Positions 8,613-20,033 of a DNA stretch of 64,000 nt are shown here, in pieces (the first letter of the stretch is position 1; each line of letters opens with the position of its first letter). A program made the position numbers and the translations under genes. The stretch spans positions 8,894-72,893 of the IMG/VR virus record IMGVR_UViG_3300037247_001118. One strand, 5' to 3'. The stretch is from a virus. The notes beneath the pieces were generated by a model, which was not told where the DNA came from, searched no databases, and saw only the letters and a list, made by a program, of their open reading frames with translations.

Positions 8613-11255
8613 ATGGCCCTAGAAGACGTTGGGGTACGCGCGGTCGTTCAGGGGATCGGCCCCTACGAGCGCAATGCCAAGAAGGTCCAGAAGGCGCAGC
8701 AGCGCATGGGCGATAGTGCTGTCAAGGCAGCTAAGCAGTCGGGCTTCCTGAGCAAGGCGCTCGGCCAGGTCGCCTCCACTGCCGGCGGTTTCCTTGTCGC
8801 CCGTGGGGTGATGGCTATCCCACAGATACTTGGTGGCATCCTGAGTACGTCACGCGACCTTGAGCTCCAGATGAAGAAGGCGAACATCGTCTTCGGCGAC
8901 CAGATCGATATCGTCAAGGAGTGGGCGAAGACGAACGCGAAGGCGATGGGCCTCTCCGCGTCCGCGGCTACGAACCTCGCAGCGCGCTTCGGTGACATCC
9001 TCATTCCGATGGGGTTCGCTCGGGATGTTGCGGCCGAGATGTCCACAGAGGTTGTGGGCCTGGCCGGCGCCCTGTCCGAGTGGTCTGGTGGCCAGCGGTC
9101 GGCAGCCGAGGTGGCGGACACCCTTGCTAAGGCGATGACCGGAGAGCGTGAGGCGCTGAAGGGTCTGGGAGTCGTCATCACCGAGGCAGATGTCACTGCC
9201 AAGCTAGCGGCTCGTGGCTTCACCGACCTTGCCGGCGCTCAGCTTCAGCAGGCTCGGGCCACGGTCACACAGGAGCTCATCTTCGAGAAGTCCACAGACG
9301 CACAGGCAGCCTACGCCGACGGCGCCGGCACTGCCGCGAGGAAGCAGGCAGAGTTGTCTGCTGCGATGGCGGAGGCGAAGGAGACCATCTCTCTAGCTCT
9401 GACCCCAGCTCTCTTGGCAGTGACGGGTGTGGTAGCTGAGAAACTCGTACCCGGCCTACTCATGGCTGCTGCCGGCATCGGGAAGTTCATTGATGCTGCT
9501 GGTGCGATGGCTGATCGTGTGAAGGAGAATAAGGATCTCCTCGTAACGTTCGCCGTCGTCTCCCTCGCCGCAGTGTTGATTCCCACTATCGTTAGGGCCG
9601 TCACGGCTCTATGGCAGTTGCATGAAGTTTTCCAGGCGTTGGCGATCGCACGAAACATATCGATCTTCGAGGCTGCTATCCGCAGCTTGACCTTGCCTAC
9701 CATCGGTCTGCCAATGCTCGCCATCGGTGCGGTGGCCGCGGGGCTCGCCATCTTCGGGCTCGCTCGCCATTTCCTCCGTGGTAAGAGCGCTGCCGACGAG
9801 TTCAAACAGGCTCAGTCCGAGCTACAAGAGACACTCGCCGAAACGGCACGTATTGCGCGGTTCGCAGGAATGGATGAGGGTGCTCGTACGGTGGCGGCAT
9901 TAAGTGCAGAGTTCCTGGATCTTGAGACCTCGGTGCAGACGGCGAATGATCACATCCGCGAGAATAAAGCGAGAGTCGTTGCTGCCTTCCAGACATACGG
10001 CCCTATGAGTGATGAGGTCCGAAACGCAGCGGAGGCAGTTGCTAAGTGGCGGGGGCAGCTAGAGGACCTTGAGCCTAAGATGGCGGCAGTGAGTGCGGAG
10101 GCGAAGACGCTGGGGGCCGACACGGAGGATGTGCGGTTGGCTGCTGAGGCCTTGGGCGTGCCAATCGAGGACTTGGTGGGCCTGTTCCCAGCGTTAGGGC
10201 TTGCGGCTGCCGAAGCCAACCAGGATGTTGGCGAGTTCGCAGACGAGGCCGCGACGGATCTTACAGAGGAAGCTAAGAATCTCGGCGACGCGCTGGGAGG
10301 CGTCGTAGATGCGCTCAGCGGAATCCGCTCCGAAATCTCCAAGTTGCTGGGTGTGGAGACGAAGGAGGAGGCTGCGCTGCGCCTCCAGATCAGCTCCCGT
10401 GAATTGACCATCGCCAAGGCCAAGGAGTGGGTGCGTGTAATAGGCCGTGAGCTGACACCTGCTGAGGAGAAAAGTCTCGAAGTGGTTGGTCTGGAGATCG
10501 ATGCTCTGAAGGAGCAGCTAGACCTTATCGGGCTGACGAAGGACGTCACCGAAGACTATGCGGTGGTGATGAATAGTGACTTGCAGCCAGCTCTGGAGGA
10601 TATCCTTGATGTAACAGGGGACGTTGCGAAGGGGCTCCAGGATGAGGTTGTCCAGAGTGATATTGCGGCGATTCGTGCTGCTGTTCTGCGAGACGCCGTT
10701 GACAAGCTGAGGGAGGAAGGATTCAATGAGGCGGCTAAGGATTTGGAGGATGGGCTCCTCGCTGATCTCGAAACGCTTGCGGGCATCGATATTGAGACGG
10801 AGGTAAATGTAGACACAGATAGGGCGAAGCAGATGGTACGCGAGTTTCTGCTTCTGGCTGGAGAAATACCTGATGCCCTCGATGTAGCACTTGTGCTAGC
10901 GACGGGAGAGGCTGAGCGAGAATTGCGGAACTTTGCCCGCCAGAGAGACACACTCTTGCGGCAGCAGGGGGGGTCGGAGGCTGTCACCTCATACCAGTCT
11001 GGAGGCATCGTCCCGGGCCCCGTCGGCCAGCCTACGCTGGCACTTGTGCACGGCGGCGAGCGCGTGACGCCTGCTGCCAGTGCCGGCGGTGGGCAGTCCA
11101 TCGCCGTGACAGTGAACGCGCCAGTCTCCATGCAGGATCAGATGGACTGGTCATCGGTGCGGCGAGCAGTCCACCAGGAAGTCGATGACGCGCTTGACCA
11201 GGCACGGAGCCAGGCGCTCCGGTCGGGGGCGCCTCTGAAATCGGAGATTGGATAA
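8613..11255 (+). CDS. Tail tape measure protein
   Basis: 880 aa, Ala-rich and helical, with central hydrophobic segments; C-terminal YQSGGIVPG...LALVHGGERV motif typical of tape measure proteins. Confidence 0.9.
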   Translation: MALEDVGVRAVVQGIGPYERNAKKVQKAQQRMGDSAVKAAKQSGFLSKALGQVASTAGGFLVARGVMAIPQILGGILSTSRDLELQMKKANIVFGDQIDIVKEWAKTNAKAMGLSASAATNLAARFGDILIPMGFARDVAAEMSTEVVGLAGALSEWSGGQRSAAEVADTLAKAMTGEREALKGLGVVITEADVTAKLAARGFTDLAGAQLQQARATVTQELIFEKSTDAQAAYADGAGTAARKQAELSAAMAEAKETISLALTPALLAVTGVVAEKLVPGLLMAAAGIGKFIDAAGAMADRVKENKDLLVTFAVVSLAAVLIPTIVRAVTALWQLHEVFQALAIARNISIFEAAIRSLTLPTIGLPMLAIGAVAAGLAIFGLARHFLRGKSAADEFKQAQSELQETLAETARIARFAGMDEGARTVAALSAEFLDLETSVQTANDHIRENKARVVAAFQTYGPMSDEVRNAAEAVAKWRGQLEDLEPKMAAVSAEAKTLGADTEDVRLAAEALGVPIEDLVGLFPALGLAAAEANQDVGEFADEAATDLTEEAKNLGDALGGVVDALSGIRSEISKLLGVETKEEAALRLQISSRELTIAKAKEWVRVIGRELTPAEEKSLEVVGLEIDALKEQLDLIGLTKDVTEDYAVVMNSDLQPALEDILDVTGDVAKGLQDEVVQSDIAAIRAAVLRDAVDKLREEGFNEAAKDLEDGLLADLETLAGIDIETEVNVDTDRAKQMVREFLLLAGEIPDALDVALVLATGEAERELRNFARQRDTLLRQQGGSEAVTSYQSGGIVPGPVGQPTLALVHGGERVTPAASAGGGQSIAVTVNAPVSMQDQMDWSSVRRAVHQEVDDALDQARSQALRSGAPLKSEIG

Positions 11256-11635
11256 TGGCCTACCCCTGGCCCGGCTTTAGTTCGATCCTGTTCTCCCGCG
11301 AGGAGATCCCGATCTTCGGCACCGATATGGGCTGGCAGCGCTTGCCCAGCATCGACCGCGCGCGCCCGCTCGGCTCGGCTACCGACAGCATCGTGACTAC
11401 CGCGGCTGGCTCTGCCACCCGGGCGTTTGAGCTCTACCTCAGCCCCACACGGTTGGCCGCGTTGGAGGCTCTGGTCAATACGACAGCAACATTCACCGAC
11501 TGGGAGCGCCCTACGCCCGATAGCCGCTCGGCGTTCCTGCGGGCCCTGCTCAACCTAGAGCGGCTCGCTGTGAAGTGCCACGACGGCGTGACGCGACAGC
11601 GCTTCCGCGTTCGTGTAGAGCTAATTAGTCAGTAG
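11255..11635 (+). CDS. Putative distal tail protein
   Basis: 126 aa, directly after the tape measure gene with a TAATG overlap. Confidence 0.55.
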   Translation: MAYPWPGFSSILFSREEIPIFGTDMGWQRLPSIDRARPLGSATDSIVTTAAGSATRAFELYLSPTRLAALEALVNTTATFTDWERPTPDSRSAFLRALLNLERLAVKCHDGVTRQRFRVRVELISQ

Positions 11636-11639
11636 CCCC

Positions 11640-14600
11640 ATGCCTACTCTCTCTGACATCTACGAAGAGAACGATACGCGCCGCGTGGCGCACCGCGTAG
11701 TCATTGCTGGCGTCGAGGAGCTGCCCGGCGTCCAGGAGCTCGACATCCAGTTCGCGCCGGCCAAGGTGCCGACGGCGACCGTGCGGATCGCACACCCGAC
11801 TCCGGCCTCAGCCGTCTTCTTCTCAGACATCTACATCGACCTTGGATTCGATGGCATTGCCCCGCGCGCCTTCACAGGGAAGATCTGGAATGTGCGCAAC
11901 GACGCCGGCGGCACCGTCCTCAAGTGCGTAGGCAAGTCCTGGCCGCTCGACACCGACTACCGCAAGGTTGTCGTCACACTGGACAGCACGACCTCCGCAG
12001 CGGCCGTGGCCGCCCTTCTGAACGAGCTCGGCATCACCGACTACAATATTGACATCACGGCATGGACTATCGCCACTATCGATCCGGTGACGTTGAAGTT
12101 CAGCACCTACGGCGAGGCCATCATGCATATCGTAGAGGTCGGTGGTGGCAAGTGGTGGGAAGCACCGACCGGGACGGTCATGGTAACGGAGTGGGATGAG
12201 ATTCCTAGTGCCGACGCCGCTCGGTCCTACTTCTCCATGGAGTTGACAGGTCTGGTGGAGGCATACCCTACAGGGTCAGGTATCAGCGCTGGGCGTCCGC
12301 GTATCCGACGCGCTCGCCAAATCGAGCAGGTCGAGGACGTGAAGAACCGCGTCTTCGTCCGCGGCGCGGCTATCACCACTGTTGACGGTGATGGGGTGGA
12401 AAACACAGCGGATATCGAGGTCTCGGCATCAGCTCCCAGCGAGTGGGTTCTACACGCCGACGGCAGCCAGTCGTACAACGACCTCCTCTTCGCCAACGAG
12501 CTGATCGAGACGGAGGCGAAGGCAGTAACCGAGGCAGCACGGCTGGTGACCCTCCGCAACCGACTCGGCGTGTTGGGCTCGGTTGTGATCGATGGTGACC
12601 CTCGGCTGAAGCTATCGGAAACGATCCAAGTCGAGGACCCAGCCTACTCCGGCATGAGCGGGAACTGGTTCGTCGAAGCCTACAGTCTGGTACTTACGCC
12701 CGCCGCCTTCGTCGCGGAGCTTGAGCTCCTGGGTGGGGATGAGATCGGGAGTACGGTCAACATCGCGCCGATCCCGCTCTTCGACTACAAGGTCGAGCGC
12801 GAGGTCATCGGTGACCGCGTGTGGGCCGTCGTGACCTTCAACGCCACAACCAGCCACGACTCGGACGGATCCATTGCAACCTATGCCTGGACAGATAATC
12901 AGGCTCCTCCCCTCGCTACTGGTAGCGACGCGATCTTTTCAATCCGAGTCGATCCTAGCACGCTCTCCGAACCGTGGGACGTGTCGCTCACAGTAACCGA
13001 CAACGACGGAGAATCGGTCACGCTGACTCGAACCGTCGACATCGGCCAAGGCGAGGAGGACGTCTTTATCCCGGTCGTCTATACCGCGTTCGACATCGCG
13101 TTCAGTTGCACGCCAGATGGCGGAGCGACTTGGAATGACCAGGCCTACCCTGCTGGGGGGGTTATCAGCGTCGCTTGCTGGCCGAACGCCATACCGGGAC
13201 GTGCGTGCTTCGGGACGGATGATGGCCAGATTTACCTCACCGACGACTTCTGCGAGACCGCGCTGGACCAGCGCCTTGCGGTTTTCGGAAGTGACAATGC
13301 CATCGTCTATATCGTATGGGACTGGAGGGATCCTAACCTCGTATGGGCAGTGACACAAGGGGGGCGCCTGTACCTCTCCCAAGACAGCGGCACTACCTGG
13401 AACCTCTATACAAACCTACGCGAGCGGCTTGACATCCCCGGCCTGCGCGTCAATCACATGGGGCTCCCCGGAGAGGGAGGCGTGTGGGTCTATGGAGGGA
13501 ACGGCGCGGGCATCCCGGTCATAGCCTTCCTACGCAACGTAGGGGGGCAGGAGTGGGGATTGGTGGCGCTCGGAGGTGACCTACTCGAAGACGTGATCGG
13601 AACGCTGACTGCCGATCTCCACATCGCAGACGCGGCCGACCGCGGGAGCGGCTTGGCGATCATCCTCAACAGTGCCACTTTTACACCGTCGGTCTACTTC
13701 AACGACGACCCGCACGGTGATGGCTCCCACTGGACTCGGGCCACGGGGCTGCCGGCCAAGAGTCAGGGAGTCTGGATCGACTACGACTTGCAGGATGACC
13801 GCTTCGCTTTCCAGTACAAGGACCGCGTAGTCTACTTGGGTGATGTGAACTTCGGCGTCGACCCAGCTGTGATGGCCGCATCCGCCGCAGCGGGCACGCT
13901 TGACGCTGGCGACGAACCCAATCATGGGATGGCGCTGACGACCGCATTCGGCAACCCGTTCAGCGGCGCATACCTCGTCTCAGGCGAGGGTGCGGTCGAC
14001 GGGACTCTCTACAAGACATGGGATCGCTTCACCACGGTCGCCAAGCTCCGACCGGCGACTGGCTTCCCTGTATCGCCAGCGGGCAGTAACGCGAAGATGA
14101 GCGCCATCGGTCGGCGTGTGCTTCTAGCCGACGTAGATGAGCGGGTTCTGGCGATTGCGTCCGACGGCGGCACACCAAAGGAGACAGCACTCCTCAGTGC
14201 TGACGGCACCTGGACCGCTCCCGATGTGGTCGGGGCCGGGCTGGGTATTGCGCCGAGAATCTACCCTATGACCGACCAGCTCTGGTTCGCGGTCAACGGG
14301 ACAGGGAGCGCTCAGCAGGCTTCGGGTCCGGGTAGGCGCACAGAGGATGGAGGCGATACGTGGGGGGCCACTCCCGATCCTCGCCCTGCCGGAAACGGCG
14401 TGGTAGCCTTCGCACGTGATGCAGGCGGGCGTGTCTGGTGTGTAGTATTCCACTCGACGATTGACAACGCGTACGTCTACTGGAGCAGCGACGACGGAGA
14501 CAACTGGAATCTATCGCGGACGATCAGTAATGGGCTGGTCGACGCTGTGTGGAAGATTCTGCCCCATCCTTCCAATCAGAATACGCTAGCCGTCATTAGC

Positions 14601-15236
14601 TACAGCACTGTCTCCAGCAAGGGATCAATCGACTACACACTTGACCGAGGAACTAGCTGGAATGTCAACAACAGTATCGAACTCTACCGGTGGGCTGCGA
14701 GTACCCAGCTATACTACGATGCCGTGCTGCTCAGCAACAACCGCATCGTCGCCATCGGCCCGCTCGCCGCGAGTGGTGGCTCCCCCCTCTGGCGGGCGAT
14801 TTACAGCGACGATTGGGGGGCCAACTGGTCAGTAGCATTCTCGGTAGCCGGCGCCAACGTACGCTTCAGCAACCTCTTCGCCAACTCGGGAGGCACGCGG
14901 CTTGGCTTCGTTTACGTCGAGGATCGCACAGCGTCCCCAGGTGATTGGCACCTCGCACTTTCGACCAACGGAGGAAACTCATTCACCGTAACTGCTCTGG
15001 CTGCGGAATTGGAAACGCTCTGGACAACGGATGTTGACAACGACGGCTTCTTGTCAACCATGTCGCCCGAGCGCGATGCAATCTATTGCATTCTTCGCAA
15101 GACCAATACCCCCAAAGCCTTCAGGCTTACACCCATCAGCGCGGCCGGAGTGTGGGCGGACATCACCAGCGATCTGGATGCTGCTCTGGACTACAATATC
15201 AAGGGCATGGCGGTCATCCCACGGGTGGGTGCCTAA
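11640..15236 (+). CDS. Tail hub/tip protein with PKD-like and Asp-box propeller domains
   Basis: N-terminal hub-like region; PKD-like SHDSDGSIATYAWT...VSLTVTDNDG; many S/TxDxGxTW Asp-boxes. Confidence 0.75.
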   Translation: MPTLSDIYEENDTRRVAHRVVIAGVEELPGVQELDIQFAPAKVPTATVRIAHPTPASAVFFSDIYIDLGFDGIAPRAFTGKIWNVRNDAGGTVLKCVGKSWPLDTDYRKVVVTLDSTTSAAAVAALLNELGITDYNIDITAWTIATIDPVTLKFSTYGEAIMHIVEVGGGKWWEAPTGTVMVTEWDEIPSADAARSYFSMELTGLVEAYPTGSGISAGRPRIRRARQIEQVEDVKNRVFVRGAAITTVDGDGVENTADIEVSASAPSEWVLHADGSQSYNDLLFANELIETEAKAVTEAARLVTLRNRLGVLGSVVIDGDPRLKLSETIQVEDPAYSGMSGNWFVEAYSLVLTPAAFVAELELLGGDEIGSTVNIAPIPLFDYKVEREVIGDRVWAVVTFNATTSHDSDGSIATYAWTDNQAPPLATGSDAIFSIRVDPSTLSEPWDVSLTVTDNDGESVTLTRTVDIGQGEEDVFIPVVYTAFDIAFSCTPDGGATWNDQAYPAGGVISVACWPNAIPGRACFGTDDGQIYLTDDFCETALDQRLAVFGSDNAIVYIVWDWRDPNLVWAVTQGGRLYLSQDSGTTWNLYTNLRERLDIPGLRVNHMGLPGEGGVWVYGGNGAGIPVIAFLRNVGGQEWGLVALGGDLLEDVIGTLTADLHIADAADRGSGLAIILNSATFTPSVYFNDDPHGDGSHWTRATGLPAKSQGVWIDYDLQDDRFAFQYKDRVVYLGDVNFGVDPAVMAASAAAGTLDAGDEPNHGMALTTAFGNPFSGAYLVSGEGAVDGTLYKTWDRFTTVAKLRPATGFPVSPAGSNAKMSAIGRRVLLADVDERVLAIASDGGTPKETALLSADGTWTAPDVVGAGLGIAPRIYPMTDQLWFAVNGTGSAQQASGPGRRTEDGGDTWGATPDPRPAGNGVVAFARDAGGRVWCVVFHSTIDNAYVYWSSDDGDNWNLSRTISNGLVDAVWKILPHPSNQNTLAVISYSTVSSKGSIDYTLDRGTSWNVNNSIELYRWAASTQLYYDAVLLSNNRIVAIGPLAASGGSPLWRAIYSDDWGANWSVAFSVAGANVRFSNLFANSGGTRLGFVYVEDRTASPGDWHLALSTNGGNSFTVTALAAELETLWTTDVDNDGFLSTMSPERDAIYCILRKTNTPKAFRLTPISAAGVWADITSDLDAALDYNIKGMAVIPRVGA

Positions 15237-16900
15237 TGTCGGAAATCCAACGAATCCGCGACGACGTCCTTGAACTGGATCGACAGATCCGCCGGCTGCG
15301 TGCTCAGCAGCAGCAGCGCGGAGCTGGGGACTTCGTTCGTGCTAACGCGATTGTCGGCGTTCTCCCGTCGGCCAACGTCCCAGCGCACGGCAGCATCGGC
15401 CTGTGGACAAACCAGTCCGGCGGCGCGTTGGGCATTGGTGCCGTGGTCGTCCAGAACGGCGATCGCCAATTTGGCACGACCACCACCGCAGATGATCTAG
15501 ATGTAATAGGTGTGCTAACTGAGGCCGTTGCCGATACCGCAGAGGGCCGCCTTCGCCATCAGGGCTATCACCCCAGTGTCATCGTAGAGGGAGCAGTCGT
15601 CGCCGGCCAATTCCTGCGAACGAGCACGACGGCTGGTGCGGCCGAGGATGCAGGCGCGACGCCCACCTCCGGCGCCTTCGGCATGGCGCTCACTACCTTT
15701 GCAGGTCCGGGTGCCGGAACCGTTGCTGCTTACCTGTTCGGCGCGGTCATGGGGGGAGGAGGTCCCTCCCAGGACTTAGACTTTTTCAACGGCACGTTTG
15801 TGGAGACGCTTGATGCGGATGTGAGCGAGGCCGCCGGCGTAGTCACTCTCTCTCTCCAACAGGAGGGAGGTGGCGATCTCACCATGCGGTTCAGTGACGG
15901 GCTGACTGTTCTCTCCACACCGGTGACAATCGCCCTGACCGTAGGCGACGATGACTCACCCCAGACAAATTACATATACATCCCGATAGCTACGAAAGTA
16001 CTCACCAAGTCCACAACTCAGTGGCCCGCGACCGAGCATATCAAGGTCGGCTACTACCTCGTCCCCTCGGCAGCCTTCGTAGCCGCCAACGGGTGCTACA
16101 TCCAGCAGCAGTGGAACGATCACCGGATGGGGACCGACAATATGGGCCACCTGGCCCACATGGCCGCACGTCAACGCCTAACGCCAGCGCGGTACTTCGA
16201 TGGCATCGACCCTAACGGTACGACGAGCTACCTGACCATCGTAGGTGCCACTGTCGATTACAAGGCCACCTCAGGCGTGATCTTCCAGATGCACGATCAT
16301 GCTTCCCCGGCCGTTGACACCTCTGCCGGAGACAAGGTGCTCGTCGTCAATTGGAGCGGCGATGCGTTCCACGACATCACGAACCTATTCGATATCATAC
16401 GCGACTCCGGCGGGAACCTGATCGGCAACAACAAGTGGTTCAACCTCGTCATCTGGGGGGTGGCGAACAAGTCCGGCACGTACGAGCCCACGATGATCAA
16501 CCTTCCGGGCGGCTTCTACAACACTCAGGCTAGCGCGGAGCAGGACATCTCAGGCTTCGACAACTTCGACCTGCCCCGTGAGTTCGACCTCGAATCCTCA
16601 ACGGCGTTCCTCATTGCTAGGCTGACCATCCAGAAACAGGCGGGCACTTGGGCCTTTGGCTCAGTTGTGGACCTGCGAAGAGGAGACCTCCTGGGAGCCA
16701 GGGGCGGCGCTTCCTCGTCTGAGACAGAGTTTCCCGATAACACGTTCAACATCTTCGATGCGACGGACAACACCAAGGTAATCGACTTCCAGGCCGACCA
16801 GATCGCGACGGGCACAACACGGACGATTACTATGCCGGATGAAGATGTTGCGCTCGTAGCCCATCCCTCAGACAGGACCTTTGTGATTGCAATGTCATGA
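15236..16900 (+). CDS. Putative tail fibre/minor tail protein
   Basis: Start MSEIQRIRDD overlaps the previous stop (TAATG); short coiled coil followed by Gly/Thr-rich beta regions. Confidence 0.6.
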   Translation: MSEIQRIRDDVLELDRQIRRLRAQQQQRGAGDFVRANAIVGVLPSANVPAHGSIGLWTNQSGGALGIGAVVVQNGDRQFGTTTTADDLDVIGVLTEAVADTAEGRLRHQGYHPSVIVEGAVVAGQFLRTSTTAGAAEDAGATPTSGAFGMALTTFAGPGAGTVAAYLFGAVMGGGGPSQDLDFFNGTFVETLDADVSEAAGVVTLSLQQEGGGDLTMRFSDGLTVLSTPVTIALTVGDDDSPQTNYIYIPIATKVLTKSTTQWPATEHIKVGYYLVPSAAFVAANGCYIQQQWNDHRMGTDNMGHLAHMAARQRLTPARYFDGIDPNGTTSYLTIVGATVDYKATSGVIFQMHDHASPAVDTSAGDKVLVVNWSGDAFHDITNLFDIIRDSGGNLIGNNKWFNLVIWGVANKSGTYEPTMINLPGGFYNTQASAEQDISGFDNFDLPREFDLESSTAFLIARLTIQKQAGTWAFGSVVDLRRGDLLGARGGASSSETEFPDNTFNIFDATDNTKVIDFQADQIATGTTRTITMPDEDVALVAHPSDRTFVIAMS

Positions 16901-17220
16901 CAGATGCGTACAAGAAACTCGCCCAGGTAGAACTCGCCCAGGACCCGGCGACGACGACGATCTACACCGTGCCAGGTGCCACTCAGACTATTGTGAAGCA
17001 CATGACGGTGGTGAACTCGACTGGTGGGCCCGTAACCTTCAAACTTTGGCGCGATGGAGTGGCTGATGTTAACCTTATCACCGTGGAGGTGATCCTAAAA
17101 TCTGGTGCTTTTGGGGAGTGGGATGGTACAATATTTATGGAGGCGGGTGATACGTTGGTCGGCCAGTCGGACACAGCTTCGGCAGTGACCATCACTGTCG
17201 ACGGGGATGAGGTAACATAG
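16897..17220 (+). CDS. Small beta-rich virion-associated protein
   Basis: TTTIYTVP...IVKHMTVVN...MEAGDTL..VDGDEV pattern common in phage tail-region proteins. Confidence 0.6.
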   Translation: MTDAYKKLAQVELAQDPATTTIYTVPGATQTIVKHMTVVNSTGGPVTFKLWRDGVADVNLITVEVILKSGAFGEWDGTIFMEAGDTLVGQSDTASAVTITVDGDEVT

Positions 17221-18417
17221 ATGGCTTGGGAGTTCTACGCCGCTACGAGCGCTACCGGCCCTACCGGCCCCACCGGACCGCAGGGAACGGCAGGAACCTC
17301 TGGTACTGCCGGTACTGGCCCAACAGGCCCAACAGGACCAACAGGCCCTACTGGGCCACAAGGGACGGCGGGCACGTCGGGAACTGCTGGCACTGGGCCA
17401 ACCGGGCCAACGGGGCCGACTGGACCAACAGGCTCACAGGGGACGGCAGGGACAGCGGGCACGGGCCCTACCGGTCCCACTGGCCCTACCGGACCTACAG
17501 GCCCGCAGGGTACGGCGGCACAACTGACAGGTCCTACGGGTCCTACGGGTCCTACAGGCCCGACAGGTCCTCAAGGAACGGCCGCGCAGCTAACTGGGCC
17601 TACTGGGCCCACTGGCCCTACGGGCCCGACTGGGGCTCAAGGCACAGCGGCGCAACAAACCGGTCCAACGGGACCAACTGGCCCGACCGGGCCGACTGGC
17701 GCCCAGGGTACGGCAGCACAGCAGACTGGGCCTACCGGCCCGACGGGACCTACGGGAAGCCAGGGAACTCAAGGGACGGCTGGCGCAGCCGGCTCTACGG
17801 GCCCTACAGGGCCTACCGGGTCGCAGGGAACTCAAGGAACCGCTGGTGCCCAAGGTACGCAAGGAACCGCTGGGGCCACGGGCCCCACAGGCCCCACGGG
17901 AAGCCAAGGTACGGCTGGCACTGTAGGCGCAACCGGTCCTACCGGACCAACAGGGCCTACGGGGCCACAAGGGACTTCCGGGACGGCAGGCACGGGGCCA
18001 ACAGGTCCTACCGGACCTACGGGGCCGACAGGATCACAGGGAACAGCAGGCGCGAGCACGCGCAAAATCCTCATCGTCATGGACGGTGGCGGTAGTGTGC
18101 TCGAAACCGGCACCCGGCCGCCAATCGACATGCCAAACGTGGCACTCACCTTGAAGCGTGGGCGGCTTCTGGCTGACGTGACCGGCAGTATCAAGGTGGA
18201 CATCTTCGTTGATAGCTTCGCGAACCATCCGCCCGTCGATGCCGACTCAATCTGCGCCGGCCATGAGCTGGAAATCTCAGGCGCTATCAAGGACGAAGAT
18301 CAGACGCTCACAGGATGGGAAACGACGCTGGCGGCGCGTGCCGTCATGCGGGTCAACATAGATAGCGTTTCAACCATCACCCAATGTACAGTGACTCTAG
18401 AGGCTGACCCCACATGA
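17221..18417 (+). CDS. Collagen-like (GPT/GTA repeat) fibre protein with a C-terminal globular domain
   Basis: About 270 aa of interrupted Gly-X-Y repeats, mostly GPT, then a roughly 120-aa beta domain. Confidence 0.9.
   Translation: MAWEFYAATSATGPTGPTGPQGTAGTSGTAGTGPTGPTGPTGPTGPQGTAGTSGTAGTGPTGPTGPTGPTGSQGTAGTAGTGPTGPTGPTGPTGPQGTAAQLTGPTGPTGPTGPTGPQGTAAQLTGPTGPTGPTGPTGAQGTAAQQTGPTGPTGPTGPTGAQGTAAQQTGPTGPTGPTGSQGTQGTAGAAGSTGPTGPTGSQGTQGTAGAQGTQGTAGATGPTGPTGSQGTAGTVGATGPTGPTGPTGPQGTSGTAGTGPTGPTGPTGPTGSQGTAGASTRKILIVMDGGGSVLETGTRPPIDMPNVALTLKRGRLLADVTGSIKVDIFVDSFANHPPVDADSICAGHELEISGAIKDEDQTLTGWETTLAARAVMRVNIDSVSTITQCTVTLEADPT
17251..18055 (+). repeat. Collagen-coding degenerate 9-nt repeats
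   Basis: GGNCCNACN units repeated with synonymous variation. Confidence 0.9.
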
Positions 18418-20033
18418 TGAAGAACGCCTCCTACTACGACAAGGTGTACCGGGGCGAGTACGCGGTGGACGAGAAGCGCGTCCAGTTCGTGGCCGAGCTC
18501 TGCCGTGGCCGCGTGCTCGATGTGGGCTGCGGTGATGGGGCCTTGGCAGCGGCGCTGGGCGACGGGCGGCAACAATTCTATGTGGGCGTGGACTTCTCGC
18601 GGGAAGCCTGCCGCCGTGCCCAGGAGCGAGCACCTAGCTTCTCGCACCAGTTCATCGTCCGCGACTTCCTAGGCGAGGGGCTGCCTAGCCCAAGGGGTCC
18701 GTGGGATACGATTGTACTTGGCGAACTTCTCGAACACCTGGACGATGCGGCAGAGGCTAAGCTCCTCAAGAAGGTCCAGCGTGCTCTAGCGCCGAACGGC
18801 CGGCTGATCGTCACAACGCCTAACGGCGACGCAGTGCCCGATGTCGCCCACGTCCGAACCTTCCACCTCAACGGCATGACGGAGAAGCTGGGGCCCTTCG
18901 GTGAGGTGTGTGGCCACGCCTACTCGGACAGGTACGTGATCGCCTCGGCGCACCCGGCGGGCCGGCCCAAGCTCACTGTCGTGCTCATCACCAAGAATGA
19001 GGAGGAGCTGCTGGGCCAGTGCCTTGAGTCATTGGAAGGGGTCTGGGACGAACTGGTAATCGTGGACACAGGCTCGACGGACAGAACGATTGAGATCGCC
19101 GAATCCTTCGGTGCCCACATCGGTCACTTCCCCTGGGTTGACGACTTTGCGGCGGCCCGCAACTACGCCGAGAGCCTATGCTCGGGCCAGTACGTCTACT
19201 GGCAGGACGCCGACGAGATTCTGCTTGAGGGCAAGGAGGCTATTCGCGGGGTCGTAGAAGAGGGCAAGCAGGATGGCCTCTCTCCGAAGCTCATCTTCAA
19301 GCGCGATGCAAGCGGCGCACCCATCAATGAGTTCCTTCGCCAGGAGATGCTTCACAAGCACAACGGCGAGTGGCGCTGGGAAGGCGCCGCTCACAATTGG
19401 CTATGCGGCCCGGTCAGAACGGCGGCCCCGCAGATTCTGGTTGAGCACCTTGATCGCCCCAGCGGGGACCGGCCCAACCATACAGACATCTTCGTGGCGC
19501 TGCGGAGCAACCTGAAGATCGAGGGCGCACCAGAAGAGCGCAGCCTCTTCTACCTGGCCCGAGAACATTACAACAAGGGGCACTACCACGAGGCAATCGG
19601 CACCATTGGCCTCATGCTTCAGTCGCCCATTTCCTGGCCGGTGCAGAGGTCGAGAGGGTGCCTCATTGCCGGCCACTGCCAGCAGGCGTTAAAGAACCAA
19701 GAGGCGGCCGCGCAGGCGTACCTCAAGGCCATCGAGGTATGCCCAACGGTGGCAGAGGGCTACTACTATCTGGGCAAGCTGCGCTATGAACAGCAGCGGT
19801 ACGAGGAAGGGGCGACGTGGTTCAAGGCGGCCACGGTGCCCGGCCCGAAAGGCTTCTTCGATGACCTGGACATCTACGAGTGGCGCCGGTACGACCTCCT
19901 GGCCGTCTGCCTCCACAAGATGGGGCGTTCGGAGGAGGCGCGGGTCTACGGGGCGAAGGCGCTTTTGGTCCGTCCGAATGACGAACGGCTGAAGAAGAAC
20001 ATGGAATACTACGATGCTGCAATCGCTCGCTGA
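18414..20033 (+). CDS. SAM-dependent methyltransferase + GT2 glycosyltransferase + TPR fusion
   Basis: VLDVGCGDG; [34 protein letters not shown]; TPR-like LFYLAREH and YYYLGKL. Confidence 0.9.
   Translation: MMKNASYYDKVYRGEYAVDEKRVQFVAELCRGRVLDVGCGDGALAAALGDGRQQFYVGVDFSREACRRAQERAPSFSHQFIVRDFLGEGLPSPRGPWDTIVLGELLEHLDDAAEAKLLKKVQRALAPNGRLIVTTPNGDAVPDVAHVRTFHLNGMTEKLGPFGEVCGHAYSDRYVIASAHPAGRPKLTVVLITKNEEELLGQCLESLEGVWDELVIVDTGSTDRTIEIAESFGAHIGHFPWVDDFAAARNYAESLCSGQYVYWQDADEILLEGKEAIRGVVEEGKQDGLSPKLIFKRDASGAPINEFLRQEMLHKHNGEWRWEGAAHNWLCGPVRTAAPQILVEHLDRPSGDRPNHTDIFVALRSNLKIEGAPEERSLFYLAREHYNKGHYHEAIGTIGLMLQSPISWPVQRSRGCLIAGHCQQALKNQEAAAQAYLKAIEVCPTVAEGYYYLGKLRYEQQRYEEGATWFKAATVPGPKGFFDDLDIYEWRRYDLLAVCLHKMGRSEEARVYGAKALLVRPNDERLKKNMEYYDAAIAR

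Noticed and set aside
16916-16942. AACTCGCCCAGG direct repeat
   Set aside because: A short coding duplication with no evident function.
17226-18095. 289-aa Arg/Tyr/Trp-rich ORF overlapping the collagen gene
   Set aside because: An off-frame by-product of the GGN-CCN-ACN repeats, with no RBS or recognisable motif.
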